A stretch of DNA of 64,000 nucleotides, taken from assembly GCA_037379345.1 (NCBI GenBank), contig CM074518.1, positions 18,848,001 through 18,912,000 on the forward strand, read 5' to 3'. The position numbers and the translations under genes are program-made. The notes beneath the pieces were generated by a model, which saw only the letters and a list, made by a program, of their open reading frames with translations, ran no database searches and was not told where the DNA came from. The first letter of the stretch is position 1; every line of letters starts with the position of its first letter. This document shows, one piece after another, positions 1-15,281 of this stretch. Source of the stretch: Perna viridis (Eukaryota).

Positions 1-454
<454 letters not shown>

Positions 455-3400
455 TGAAGGTTATTAAATACACTGTATCAGATAATACAAAAATGGAAAT
501 GTAGGCACTGGTTTATATTGTAAGAAACTTGCTGAAATATGAAATGTTCAACTGAACATCAGAGATAAAAAAAGACACATTTTAGAAATAATGAATTTCA
601 ACTTGTAAGCTCATTTGTGTGAAGCACTGAGATCAGCAGGAGAAAATGTGAACTAAAAGTAAAGATACTATGGAAATACATGTAATAACTTTTTCAACTA
701 AATGTTCTTAAGACTTGTTCCTGTACACTGTACACATAGTGCCAAGGAATTACAGTCAATGTAAACAGAAGAGCATGACTTCAATGTTTTTTTTTAAGGA
801 AAAATTTCTCATTAACTGCTTTTTAAAAGAAACAAAAATCAAAGATCCATTGTCATTAAAAGTGAACTTTTCTTATAATTTTGTATATTAGCATTTATTT
901 AAAGACTTGCTTGACATTGTTTAGGCATTTTATAAACTGAAGCACATTTGTACAGTGTACAGTAAAATGTCACAATTTTTCATATACAGTACATGTAATA
1001 ATGTTTCACTCTAGCATGATATTTGGATCATTTTTTTATTTTTATTTTTTTTTGGGTGGGTGGGTGGGGGGGGGCACCAGAAATCTAACATTTTGAGAAA
1101 TTTGTCCCTAGACTGTTAAGGCAAGTTTTTTTACTTCAGTCATCCATTTGATATTTTCCATTTATATGACATACATGTAAATTACTACCCTGAAACTATA
1201 GTGCACATCCACGTATTTCTTGTAATGTGAACTTTTTTCTTAAAAGGTTCATTTTCTTGAAAGCAAAGTCAAACAGTCTACAAAATGCATTGGATACATG
1301 TATTTTTTTTTTTTCAACGCAGTCGGTATAGTTCCACTTTTTACCCTTTGACTTTAAAGACGCTCTTCCATAGAAACGCACATCACCTGATAAAAATTTG
1401 GTTTCCTGATTGGCGAAATACTGAAAACTTAGTGGCATTGGGGAAAAAACTGTATCAGAAGTTGAAATTGCCTGCCATGTCTTATTTCCTGAAGAAAATT
1501 ATGGGTAAAAAGAACAGATTTTGCTGCGATGAATATCTTTTTTTAAAGATAGTACTTGTTATTTCCTTCCATGGTTTTTCGTTTTTAAAATAGGATAGAC
1601 CATTAGCTTTTTTGTGCATGCTATTCCAGAAATTTACACTAGTGTACATGTACATGGATTTGCTTTGTCTCCTCTTGTCTTGTTTATATTACATGCAATT
1701 TATTTAAATGCATAGTGAATAGTGCCAGAGCTGTCATAAATATTATGTCTTGAAGCCAGTATTAAGCTTTGTCAATTTGCCTTTGTGTGCAATATTAACT
1801 ATGCCTTTCAGGTTCTGAACACTGAATAATTAAAATTGAATGTGCATATTGTTATATAGGGGAGGCAAGTTGTTATGGTACAAATGTATGTTTTCCAATT
1901 TAAAAACAAATAATTTTACTGGTCTATAAAATCATTCATTCTTCATGTCAACAGATGAATTTAAATTAATAAAGAATTGATTATTTTCAAGGGCCATTTA
2001 ATTTTCAACCTGGGTCCAAACCCTATTGTAAATCAACACAATACCGCTATGAAAGGCCCTGAACTACATGTATTCACGAAGTTGAGCTACAATGTATTAT
2101 AAGAAGAAAATAAAGCCTTGTGGATTTTGACTTCAGTGCATAGCATTGAAACATGATCATGAATGTTCATTGGTAAATAGACAGATATTTTTGCATGTGA
2201 ACTGTAAGGGGACATTTTACATTTAATAATAAGAAAAGAGGGTCAAGAAACCAGAAATTGATCAGTTCATCTACATGTATATATGAGTTAGTTTGTTATA
2301 TTCTTTTTTTTCTTTGATCTACTGGTTTTGTTTGTCACAGTTATTTGCACTTAAGATTTAGTGCAAGACAATTTGTCTCACAAAAATTACTGAGTAAAAA
2401 TTACCTTTTTTGTTTTGAATGATAGAGCACAGGGTCAACAGCTAACTTGAATGTTAAATTTCATACAACTAATGCCATTGATTTTTTTTCCATACTGTAC
2501 AAATACATGTGTCTACTAAGATGTATGCTGTCTTGTCCACCCCAACTCATTATAAAATACAAATATATACATTGTAAATTAGTAAATACATGTAAAATAT
2601 AAAGAGGTCTTAAGTTGAATGGAAAACACTAAAGCCATTCTCTGTTCACTACACAAAAAAGTGTTTCATTTTTACTTTACATTTGTATATAGGATTTCTT
2701 TAGATTTATAATGTTTAGAAAGATTGTAAATGTAAACATAGACCATTACCAGACTTGTTCAGGTTCATGACAGTTTACTAACATCATGCTCTTAGCCATT
2801 TAATTTTGGTAATCTATACGTCACAGTTCTGATCATTAACTTTCTTCACATTGTACTTACATGTAGTTAATAGTTTCGGTTTGTGAAAATTATAATATAT
2901 CTTTCGATGGTTGGTAACTCCTTATTGTTTTTCTGGCTTACATGTATCTTGGTATTAAATCTCAGTGGTGATAAATCACTATCTTGTACAGTTTGATATA
3001 TCAAGGTCACTGTGTTTTGTTTAGGAGTATAATGATAGAATCAGTCATTCAAATTTGGCCTGAAGGGTTTAAATTGCCATTTGTCAACTTCTAAGTATAG
3101 AAAATTTTTTTTAGTTTTATGCCTGATATTTTGTCTATACAATTTTGATCAAAAAAAAAAAAAAAGAAAAAGAAGGAGACCTAAATAGTTTCATGATTTG
3201 TTATAAAATTTAAGCTGCAGACTAGTGCAGAGACCTTTCTTGTTACTTGTCATCTTCCCATGCACTTAAAATTATTTACATTTAAATAAGTTACACTTAA
3301 GCTGAGGATATTTACATCTGTGTACATGCTGTATAACATATGTCAAGATAAAATCTAAATTTCATAGTCTTATATGTACATGTTCACATAGCCACATACA

Positions 3401-4661
3401 CGTACTTGTAAGATATAACTGATTTGTTCATAGTACAGGGATCAAATGCTTACTTCATCATTCTTCAATGTAATAGTTAACTCCTGAATTAACTTAATTA
3501 AAGTCTTTCCCATTTCATTGTGAAAACCTTGTATTTCTTCTGATTATTCTTCTTTTTTTTTTCTGCTGCCCAATTTCCCTGTTTTTGATAAAATTGTATT
3601 GCGACAAGATTTTGACCATCTCTTGCAATCTGAGATAAGACTTCGGAATTCATCCTGTGAGATGTAATCATTTGTCATTCCAGAGTTATCTGCCCTGTAG
3701 CAGAAAAACTTGATTTAGTAAAAATTTCTTCAACCGTTATAGGTACACAGTAGCAGAGAGTTCCAAAGTGTTCAGAATCAGAGTACTATTTGACAATGTT
3801 TTGAAAAAAATTTAGGTTTCCCTGGTTACGCGATTTCGCGACTTACAATTCGGTTGGCCGCTTAACTTTAAAACCATCAGTCATACTGTTGTACTGAAAT
3901 TCCACATTGTTTCAACATCGTTGTGTCAACTGACATAGTGGAGGCAAATTACTCGCACGTTTTAATACTATTCATACTCTTATCTAATAAATTACAATTA
4001 TGATTTGAAAGTACACATCCTGTGATTTATTTTGACTACTTTTGAATATCACACACACAGATTATCAATTTCCATTGCATAGATCTACTTTCAGTGTGTG
4101 TTTTTAGTACTACATAGAGGGATGGCCATTTGACCATTAAGTGATAATTGGGACCTTTACTTTGGATAATTTATAATTACATGTACGTCCCTTTCATTTC
4201 TTCTATTTTAAACGAAAATAATCATTTGATATTATTATTAATGACAGCTTTGGTGAAATAAACAAAGAAAAATTCAACGTTTCTAATATTACTACTAAAT
4301 TACTGTTTTTTTTTTACTTTGAAAATTATTTTGTATATTGAATAATTGTCAGAAACCTTACTGTTTAGAATATATGCATGAAATAAGTCATCTCATCTCA
4401 TATCTCTTATCCCGTCACATACTTTTATAGTAACCTGGTCATGATACTCTTTGTTAAGAGGCTTATGGCACTTGGTCATCTCCTTTATTGCAGAATAGTT
4501 AGGAAATGGATGGGAAAGACCTTATAATTGTTCTTGAACAATTGACCTTTTAATTTTCATTTTGTGCATACGAATAATGTACATGTGTACATGTACATTG
4601 AATAGAATAATAGATATTTTAAATGCTCAAAACTCAAAAATGATTATGTAAATGATTTTAA

Positions 4662-4892
<231 letters not shown>

Positions 4893-4910
4893 TAATAATA
4901 AAACTACTAA

Positions 4911-5152
4911 GGCCAGGGAAAAAAACTCAGGTTACCCTACCTACATTTTATACCTACCTTATTTTTTCTGCCCACCCTAGCACCTTTTATTGGTATTTTT
5001 CATTAAATGCAGCTATACTATCATAAATTGAGCGCTGTTAATGTCCACTGATCATCCCATAAGTGTTGATATGATGTAATTAAAAAAAGATGTTTTATGT
5101 ACATGTACCCGATTATTCATCTAATGTAACCTTAAACAGACATTTTTTGGCC
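4911..5152. mobile_element. PIF/Harbinger-like MITE
   Basis: GGCCA...TGGCC termini flanked by TAA/TTA, with CCTACC motifs; similar structure to 50806-51029. Confidence 0.5.
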
Positions 5153-5465
5153 TTATTAAATGTGGACTAATACAGGAGAGAGATGACAATGAAATACATG
5201 ATTCTTTGTTTTTCTTGCTTTGATGCGCAATGTGAAAGGTTTGTATCTTGCTCTCAAACCAGTCAAGTGCATATATTTTGCCAAAGATAAAAATGTTTGA
5301 AAGGTTTCAGCAAATGACAGAATGTTACATGTTAATTTACAATTTTCTGATAAAATTCTTGTACAAAGGTTACTTGCAGGTCAAAGACTGAACACTTTGG
5401 AAATGATTCAATTGTTTTTAAATTTAGGCATTCTTTTAATCACAAGTTTGTCAATAAAAAGTTAG

Positions 5466-5660
<195 letters not shown>

Positions 5661-5967
5661 TGACAAGGATTTAACAATATTTATTTCTTCTTCCTGACTT
5701 CTCCCTTCAAATTCTGTGCCTTGGTCCTGTAGTGGTTTGATCCACTCCCAGAGGTTGGGAAGGCATGGGCCATTTGCCCCTGTTATTAAAGAAATTCAAA
5801 TGGTTTGTTAACAAATGGCCCCTTCAAATTTAGAAATCTCTTCAAAAACATAAAAATAGCTCCTTCTTGAAATTTTCTTCCCAGATCACTGCACTCTTAT
5901 CTCATTACCATACCAGTGCATACATATCCTTAATGTTCATGGGCATAATTATCCTTTTCAAACATTG

Positions 5968-6139
5968 CAGGTTTGACACTAACTTTTCTCGCTAGGTAGC
6001 CCACAGGACTTTCTGATGCAAATGTAGATAAATTAGTTAATCCTTCAAGTTATTTTGCAGTAAGTTCTTAGAACTAATAAAATTTTAGGAAATAGTGTAG
6101 CCTAAAGGACTACCAGACTACTTGAAGTGTCGAACCCTG
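5968..6139. mobile_element. MITE with CAGG termini (hAT5-like)
   Basis: Imperfect TIR CAGGTTTGACACT/AGTGTCGAACCCTG, internal GTAGCC..AGGACT repeats, flanks CATTG/CATAG. Confidence 0.6.
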
Positions 6140-9100
6140 CATAGTATACAAGATAGTGGCTACACATGTAGGTTCTTTTTTTGTATATCTCTAATATGAT
6201 CTATAGTGTTGAGAAGCTAAGCTCATTGAGACCAGTAACTACTTATTATACAACAACCACATAACTTAACCAAGTATATTTCCCATATATCTGGTGAATT
6301 TGTTTATATATAACATATGGTGGAGCTCATTTATTAGCTTGATAGTTCAGTGTTGTTTAAAACAGAGAATGTTTGAAAATTTACCAAAGTTGCATGTTAT
6401 GAAAGTGAACGCCTGATGGTTCTGTTTTATTTTTCAATAAATTATGGAAAAGGAGGTTGGAGCATGTGTTGCATTTTTTATTAAAGAAAATGTCTGAAGT
6501 GTTTTCACATTATGTTACCTGTTTTACCTTATTGTGCATACATATACAATTTTACATGTTATGACTATAAAGCACATCCAGGAGGTTGGTGTGATTTCAC
6601 ATCTTAAGTTTTGGATAGATACAGAAAGGCACGGAAAAAAAAACACGAATTTCAAAGTTTTAAGAATTTGTTAAAACATGTGACCAGTATAAAGGAATTC
6701 ACATGGTGAACAAGATTTTGGGTTAAATGACCCTAAGTTGTTCACATCAATGTTGAACAGTGGTGAATTAGTTATTAAATCGCCCAACTTAATTAATACA
6801 TCTTATAGAATATCTAAGCTTATACTTGTAGGTGCATTTTGTCGTAGTTCATAGTTGATATTGTTTTTGACAAATCATGTTTAAATTATATTTGAATATG
6901 TACGTGTACATGCAGGTACAATACATTTTTATGAAACATTTGCATATGTGTTAAATGTAAACCCAATTCTTATTTTATCAACTAATGATTTTCATTGTTG
7001 GAATGTAGGCTTTGTTTTTGTCTTAGTGAATGAGTAGATGATTGTTGCTATGCATAGATTAAACAGTGTTACTAACACTAGAAGTTTCCTGCTTAGCTAA
7101 ATTAGCATTGGTAATGTAAATCTGAACTCCAAAGCTCAACATTTCTCTGAAGTAATGACTGCCATAAAACTGTTGGACATGAAAAGACTTTGAAATGTCC
7201 TGGTGACATTTACACATTAGCCTCATTTATTTCATTATTACAAAAAATATTTACAAAAGGCTGAAAATCAATACCTACATTTTGATGACTAGATTTATTA
7301 TTAAATTATTAGATATATAGCCTGCAGTCTCAGTCTAATTAAAGGAACAATAAATGTGTTGCAGAACATACATGTACATTACAAGAATGTGATAGTGAGT
7401 TTGTTGATATCCATCACTTTGTAATAAAACTGTAAGGGCCACTTGTGGGATTGGCTGGTACAAATTGTATGCTCAACTAAAGATATTATTACATAAAAAT
7501 CAATTTTGTCTTATTGTCTTCGTGATGGCTTTCATTTTCATAAGGTACTTCTCAAAGATTCTCTTTAAACATGCTGGAAGCTAAGAAAATTGATTTACTA
7601 TGGCAAGGATTCAAGAACCTTAAATTATTAGGAAATAATTATTGTTCAAGTTAAAACTGACAAATGATAAACTTGTGTACATGTATGTGTTTGCTTTGAC
7701 AGTTTATCAGATTTCATATAGACAAATGTACCTTCTTTTTCTTTGGCATACATGTACATGTTATTGACCATGATGTATACAGAAACTTTTGAAAGTTCAT
7801 GATAAATTTTGTACTGGTCAATAATGTTTTGAATTTTCCATTAATATCCAGTCATGTTTGCTCTCCTTGAAACTCGAGTCAGCCTTAGAAATTTTGCCTG
7901 TGAAATGTTTGCCAACATTTTCCTGGTGTGAACAAAGTGTAACTAGAGAAAGGATTAGGAATGTACAAGACAGACAGTGTGAATGTTGTATTGATTTACA
8001 TCAGTCTTAACTGACAAGCTGATTATTGAATGTTGTGGAATAAGTAGGAGTTACACATTGTCAGCTTAAAGTGACATTTGTTGTGTGCAGGGAGTTTGTT
8101 CAGGAATAATTTGGAAATTAGAAATCAAAGGCTAATTTTTTTCAAACCAGAAAAAGATGCTGAAAGTAAAAACAAATTTACATTGGTTGAATATAAATAA
8201 AGCTCATAGGTTAATGGATTAATAATTCATAAAATTTGCAGATGTCTTCATTGCTTAGTAGTGATTATTTTAATTATGTAACCTTAACAATGTCTAATTT
8301 CCTGATTAAGATGTAAACCTGACTTGTTCATGGAAGTTCTCATGCTGTCCTTGTTTACTTGCTTGTATTGTAGGTCAAGTATAAGTACTGTGGACTGTTA
8401 AGCTTTAATTAACTGATTATAGGTTGTTAGTGATGGGCTATAAATAGCTACATATACTCATCAAGAGACAGGATGTTGTATAGAAATCATTTCATACATC
8501 ACTAAACATTACATAATACAAATGTTTGGCAGGTGATGAGCCTGATTTTAAGTTAAAAAAAAATTAAGGAAATTTTTAAAAATGAAACAAAGTTGAATCA
8601 GGCCATTTCGCATATGTGAGGTATTAAGTGGTTCAACATTTCGAGATGAAGTTATGATTACGAAATAAGCCATGCTTTCCACTAAGTCCCAGAAGATCGG
8701 AAATAAAAACGTATTGAACTTGGCCCTTAAATTTTAGCAACTTGGAGCCAGAAGAGGAATAAAATAAGGGTCTAAGATTGGTTGAGATTTAAAGGGAAAG
8801 GTCTACCAAGTGAAATTAAAATGTCTGTTAATGAAGGAAAGCCATGGGCCTATAATCCTTATCTATAATGATCCTTTTCAATAGAAAATATTGGTGTGTC
8901 ACAATATCAGACCTATAATTTTAACCCTTTTATTAGCCTTCATGTTTTTATACATGAAGTAATAAGAAGGGCTGAAAATAGCCTCCTTTTAAAGTTGCTA
9001 ATATTGTTAGTGACTTCTTGCAATCGTAATTTCAGCAGTTTGCATTCGCATATGATTTGCATAATTATATATGACTGCTTCACATTAAGCTGCTGATCGA

Positions 9101-9380
9101 TGCCTTGTTGTACCGTCATAGCTTCATAGTTCTAGCTTCATATGAGATCAGAATTTACCTCTTAAAAATCATATACATGTGTTCTACGTGTGTTTTTTTG
9201 GTTATATGAGAATGGGAAGCTTACACAATCAATTAACATTGACCATTACCTAGTTTCGAAAGAGTTATCATATCAAGGGAACCAAGATTCTAGTGGAAGT
9301 CACCTGATTTTAGAGCATATTCCATTCATGTCGTTTTGGATGTTGAAAGCCAGCCAAAATCAGTGGCATAGAATATTTGA

Positions 9381-9755
<375 letters not shown>

Positions 9756-10056
9756 TAAGTATCAAAGAATTGGAATAAAAAATAAGTATAATCTGTTCTT
9801 ATGTTGGAAGCAAAGTCTGATCAAGGCATTGAGATGTGCATTAAGTTCACATATGAACATTGTAATATCCTGAAAATGTATCTTTTTATCAATTGTTAAT
9901 TTGACCATATTTACTTACATATATAACATGTATGATTTGGTGTAATACACACACAACATTAAAACAATAGCACTTGACACATTTTAGAATTGTATTTAAG
10001 GAGCATGAAATGTTTCCTTTATTTGTTGAAAACTGATGTACTATTGTTTCTCACAG

Positions 10057-10216
10057 AGTAAAACAGAGTGTGTCAGCCATGGAGATATGTAGGAAGTCTG
10101 TGAAGAACCTTTTTGATGTAAATCAGAATTCTGGGCTTATGTCAAACTTAGTGCCAGCTTCAAGTAACAGTCTAACAGTCACATTTAACAACCAGATTAA
10201 TGCACTTCATTCACAG
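10057..10216 (+). CDS. HIPK: HIPK coding exon (absent from the ORF track)
   Basis: Acceptor TTTCTCACAG, donor CAG|GTATTT. Encodes (K)VKQSVSAMEICRKS...SLTVTFNNQINALHSQ, matching the HIPK 'MEIC' and 'TFNNQ' motifs. Confidence 0.93.
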
Positions 10217-10579
10217 GTATTTCTGACATATGTTGGAAAAGTTCTCTAGTCTTGTGTATCGAACATACATTTGTATGTTATCAGCAACTTGACAGTTTTT
10301 TCATTGTTGTTACTTCTGATATTTTTTATCTAAGGCTAGTCCTGTGATCAAAATAATTGTTTTACATCAAATAAACTTTCGTATCACTGATGAACAGAAT
10401 AACATAGGTCATAAAACCACCCACCACTCTGATGGGTCACTAGTGATATTTTCTGTCTCAACTTCAAAACTGTGGTTATTTGTATGTTTCTCATTTTTTT
10501 AGTTAACCTTGAAATTTGAAATAAATAAAAGAACATTGGTGAATGCAAAATTCACTTCTTGCCCTTATGATACACTGTA

Positions 10580-10681
10580 CAGGGTATGAAAGGGCAACCT
10601 AAATTTCAATTTGGGCAAGTAGAATTGTCATCAACTTGTTTGATAGGACAAGGTTCATAAGATGTCAAATTTCATACCCTG
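10580..10681. mobile_element. 102-bp MITE with CAGGG termini and 5-bp TSD (hAT5-like)
   Basis: Perfect 12-bp TIR CAGGGTATGAAA/TTTCATACCCTG flanked by CTGTA on both sides. Confidence 0.75.
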
Positions 10682-10841
10682 CTGTACATATCTTTAGTTG
10701 AATTCATAATACTCTATACATATCTTAGCATATAAAGTGTAAAGTTATTTGTCTTATCTAGGAACATAATTTTACTGGTTTATCTTAGTGTTTACATAAT
10801 CATTGTCCTTTGAAGCCATATATATATATATTCTATTTCAG

Positions 10842-11028
10842 ATGACTGCAGCCCAACATCAGGGAACTGAATTACAATACTTGCCATACCCCTTACAGTC
10901 TCGCCCTTACATCCCATATCAGCCAACTCAGCAACCATTGAATCCCCAGCTGCCACGTAACAGTAACCAATTCAATAGAACTGACCCCTTTATACATGTA
11001 TCATCTATAGTGGTACCAGGTATACAGG
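10842..11028 (+). CDS. HIPK: HIPK coding exon
   Basis: Acceptor TTCTATTTCAG, donor G|GTAGGT. Encodes MTAAQHQGTELQYLPYP...RTDPFIHVSSIVVPGIQ; phases 0 to 1 fit the neighbouring exons. Confidence 0.88.
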
Positions 11029-11497
11029 GTAGGTTCCTAACCAATGCTGGAGGTAAATTACACTGCCAGATATTTAAAACTGGTGCAAGCTTTATTGCAG
11101 GATATTGATGCCCTCCGTTGCAGTGCTGATATTGTGCCAGTTGTTTAAGTTGATGTTAATATATGGATGTTAAGTTCTTTATGAAATCCTTGAAGTTAGC
11201 CACTAGCCTGTTGGGTTTGGGTTATGAAATGAAAATCTTGCATTGAATAGTTATTTAAATTGATATTTTCAAGTCATTCCCTGTAAAGATAAATATTTAA
11301 AAAATTATAATTTCCAGCTTGCAAAGTCAAAACAATCATCAGAGTATGTCTCACAGATGTAGTCAGTTTAACACATGCGCCTACTGGTTTCTTTTGCGTA
11401 AACTTCCTTAAAAATTATTCTGAGATATCAACGTTTGTGAACTTAATAAGAGAAGGAGTTATATTGGAATTTTTAGACAAAAGTAATATATTTTCAG

Positions 11498-11583
11498 GAT
11501 TAAGTTCACCAACCAGATACAATCCTATACCTATGGTAACACAAGCTCCTGCTTTACAGCTACAGCCACAGTTGATTGCACAG
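11498..11583 (+). CDS. HIPK: HIPK coding exon (homeodomain-interacting region)
   Basis: Acceptor TTTTCAG, donor CAG|GTTTGT. Encodes (G)LSSPTRYNPIPMVTQAPALQLQPQLIAQ, resembling the HIPK 'P.VTQAP..LQ.QP' motif. Confidence 0.9.
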
Positions 11584-12260
11584 GTTTGTTTAAAGTTTGA
11601 TTAATCAACCATTAATCTGGTATTCCTAAAAAGTTCTCATGCTGTGAAGTTTAAAGATGCCATAGATATTTGGATCCAGTTGTTGTTCAAAAGTTCATAT
11701 GCATAAGGACAAAATTTACTCACTGAATAACTGTAATTCAATCTGTACGATTTATTCGCTGAATTAGTGTAGTGCAATCTAATCAGTTTATTCACTGGAA
11801 AAGTAGTCCAATCTGTACAGTTCATCCACTGGATAAGTGTAGTACAATCTTTACAGTTTGGGCTTTGGTGAGCATAATAACGATAAACATGTTTTTTTCA
11901 TGGTCTTCCTTGGAGTTGATTTTAGTTGTTTCATATTGTGATTAATATTATTTAATGCTTGATGTCACCCTGAGTAATTTAATTTAGACAAATTATTGAA
12001 TGAGCCTTGGTCAGCTAATTATCTTTCATGAATTTTAGTAGGGAGAGATTATCAAATGTTTTTATCTCATTCTAGCTTTTTTTTAAACCCAAATTGTCAG
12101 TTCAATGAGAAATAGATTTCATACTGTACATAATCATAAATGTAAAATGTTTTTGAAAATAAAATAATTTTTCTACCTACCCACCTGATTTGTTTGTTGG
12201 TAACAAAGAACAAGATTTATTTTATCTTTGGCCTAACTATCAATACATTTACATGTATAG

Positions 12261-12464
12261 ACTGCACCTGGTAATTCTTGGCCTGGAGGACAGCCAGTCT
12301 TGGTAGGATCTTGGCAACAATTAGGTCTCCCACAGCAGAGATCAGTTCAGCAGCCGCTGCTAGCTGACAATCTGACCTCTCAGTCCTTACAGGATAGTTG
12401 GAGACAGTCTTTGGTCCTTGATGGCTTTGAACATGGTCCACTGGCCTCTTTGTTGAGTGAAACG
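12261..12464 (+). CDS. HIPK: HIPK coding exon
   Basis: Acceptor TGTATAG, donor ACG|GTAAGT. Encodes TAPGNSWPGGQPVLVGSWQQL...SVQQPLL...QDSWRQ..., with the HIPK-like WP/WQQL/WR motifs. Confidence 0.88.
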
Positions 12465-12812
12465 GTAAGTAGTATTTTCTCAGGTATGTTTACTTGTATA
12501 GAACTTTTTTTTTTTTTAACAAGAAAAGGTTAGGTAATAAATTTAGTCAGTTTTACTGATATTACATTTTCTCATTAACCACGAGAAACTATTCTAAGGG
12601 AAAGCTTGATATTCATGGTACTTTCCTGACTTTAAACCCATTTTATGAAATAGTTTTACAACAATAGCAAATTTGTATGAAGCAGAACTAAATTATTATA
12701 GGGATTTGTCTTCCATTGCTTGCAGAATGGTAAAGTAGATACTGTTATGAGAGTAAATGTAAATTGACTTTGATTTGATGAAAACATCTTGAAATTCATA
12801 TATTTTCACCAG

Positions 12813-12886
12813 GCTGCCCAGAATCAACATTTACAAATGATGTCAAATCCTTCCAACAGAAATGACAACAAACAGAGGAAACAAAG
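12813..12886 (+). CDS. HIPK: HIPK coding exon
   Basis: Acceptor TTTTCACCAG, donor AAG|GTATTG. Encodes AAQNQHLQMMSNPSNRNDNKQRKQ; supplies the phase 0 to 2 change needed to join the next exon. Confidence 0.8.
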
Positions 12887-13646
12887 GTATTGTCAACATG
12901 ATTTAAATAAGAAGGGTAATCTTATCTTTGACTGCTATTTTGAAGTGTTTTCAAATTATCCTTACATGTATGTGAAAAAAGGATTTCTCAAGACCTGTAC
13001 TAAAACATTGTGTTTATTCTGCTCAGTTTTCCATTAGAAAAGTTCTTTAATTTGATAGGTGTTTAAATAATTGTCTTTGTATTTTGATAAAACAATCCTT
13101 GGGATATAATCAGTAATCATGATAGGTGCATTGTTGGTGTTTCCTTTGATAATCTCTCAGTAGTCCATTGTAAACAATACATTGTGTGGGTTTGATAAAA
13201 AATTTGTTTTCATTGATAAATAACTGATAGGTAATCAGTAAAATCTCATGTGAGGTAATATTAGGTCTTTCACAATAGGTTATAAATAATATTTTCTATT
13301 GAATTTTATTGTGTACATGTATGAAAAGTGAAAAGGTTGATGGTTTCTATACTTACCTTTCTATACATGTAATTTTTAGAGTTGAAGATAATATATTTAC
13401 AATGGCTCTAGTAAGTACTGTAATTCAAATACAATGTTGGCTTCTTATGGCCCTAAACATGTCTCTGAATGAACTTTTCATATCAAGGAACAATTCAACT
13501 TCATTCTGCTATATCATCATTAACAGATAAAAAAATCTCTATCAAAACAACAGTATAGCTCAATGCCTATAATAGCTTTATTGTTAGCTTAAGTGAATAT
13601 GTCCATATTTAATACAAGTCAATTTTTTCCAAAGAATCATAATTAT

Positions 13647-14626
13647 CAGGGATCGAAATTAGTCTAGATATTTGTCTAGACCACAGGTCTCGTAGACAAA
13701 AAGAAAAATACCTGAACTTGAAAACAAGCCACTAGACCTGATTTCATTGCTTTGATCAAATCCTGAACTGAATAACACAAGTTGATTGTTTTTTTTTATA
13801 AAAGGGGCATTTCATTCATTTTTGTTGTGTTTTTTTAATTGCTTTGAAGTCTGGATCTTTGAAGAAGGTAATTTTTAAAATGAATGTAAAGAAATGATGC
13901 CAGCAAATGGGCATTAGAACTTAGAAGACAACATAAAATATTATCTTACAACTTGAAAGGCTGCAAACTTTCAATTGATTAACTTGCTATAACACAACAA
14001 TTTTAATTGCAACAGTGAACACAATTTTATTTATCATCAGGGTCCAGCTGGAAGCTTTCATGGCATGGTGGATATCACTAGCCTTTATGAATTGTTTAGT
14101 CTTCTTGTGCCAGTCAAGTGTATCCTATTTTGAGTTTTTTGTTTCGTTTATAAGTTTGCCGCCACTGTCCCTACTAACATTATCACAACAATATTTACAA
14201 TACATTTATTCCTTTTCCGATTTGTATCGAAGCCTGAAATGTTAGGCCCTTCTTTGTCAAGTCATTCACTTTATTTTGTTCCCCATTGGAGGATTGTTTT
14301 TGAGGGGTAGGTTACGATACGTCTTCAAAGTGTTGCCGCTTGTTTACTTTCTTTCGGAACTATTCGGTTAATTTCCCAAACTTCTAATACCTACCTTTGT
14401 GTTGTGAGAAAGGCTAAGAAGTTCTGATTTGGTTTACCTTGGCATTGATCAATACTGATGTATGTTTGAAATATGCCTCTATAATTCCTTAAGCATTGAA
14501 AGACTAGAATTATGAAATTACTTATTATGGGTACATTTCCGGAAAATTATTCTAGACCACCGGACCGGTACAATAAAACATTTTGCTAGACACTGGCTAG
14601 CGGACCAATAGTAATTTCGAACCCTG
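13647..14626. mobile_element. ~980-bp non-autonomous DNA transposon with CAGGG termini (hAT5-like)
   Basis: TIR CAGGGATCGAAATTA/TAATTTCGAACCCTG, subterminal CTAGAC/GGACC repeats, flanks ATTAT/ATTGT. Confidence 0.7.
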
Positions 14627-14659
14627 ATTGTAAACAAGCATTTATTGTTCTATCTGTAG

Positions 14660-14905
14660 TCGAAGTTATGTTAAAGAACCAACATCAACACACCTTTCAC
14701 CAGTGAAGAAAAGGGTGAAGGAGAATACCCCACCTGATAGCTTGTTACAACAGGAAGCTGCTCTCTTATGTGACTGGACAAATGGCAACAGTATACACCG
14801 AAGGGAAAGACAGACGATAGTGATAGCTGACACTCCCAGCCCTGCACATAGTATCATTACTATTAGTTCTGACAGTGAAGATGATGGGGATGGAAATCAT
14901 AGGAG
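14660..14905 (+). CDS. HIPK: HIPK coding exon (NLS, PEST and SUMO-interacting motif)
   Basis: Acceptor TATCTGTAG, donor AG|GTAGGA. Contains SPVKKRVKENTPP and RQTIVIADTPSPAHSIITISSDSEDD, the HIPK speckle-retention/SIM region. Confidence 0.95.
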
Positions 14906-15198
14906 GTAGGAAGTTACACCCCCCTTTTGTATATGTACTTAATAATTTTGAAAAGGTCATTGAGGAAATCTTTGGTGAAACCTAGTTCTTCCAAACAATA
15001 ATACTTCAGCTGTAAATGTATTTGATTTGTCTAATTATATGAAATATACAATGGAAAGAAAATCAGATGTAACCTAAATACTACTTTTCCAACATCTTAA
15101 TGCATATATAGAAAAGAGAACTCTAGTAAGTAAAAAAACTTGTTATAATTTTTAACATTTTTAGGACTATGTAATGACATTGTATTATATATTTGCAG

Positions 15199-15281
15199 GG
15201 GTCACCACCATCAGAACAGAAGCAGCTATCTTGAGACCAAATCATTGAATGGAAACTTGTTTGGATCTGTGGGATTGCCAG
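15199..15281 (+). CDS. HIPK: HIPK coding exon (absent from the ORF track)
   Basis: Acceptor ATTTGCAG, donor G|GTGATT. Encodes (R)GHHHQNRSSYLETKSLNGNLFGSVGLP; phases 2 to 1 bridge the flanking exons exactly. Confidence 0.8.

Noticed and set aside
1196-1593. Overlapping ORFs of 80 and 102 aa in HIPK intron 1, and most other 60-116 aa track ORFs
   Set aside because: They have AT-driven F/L/I/K-rich composition, no motifs and no consistent splice signals; some are antisense shadows of real exons.
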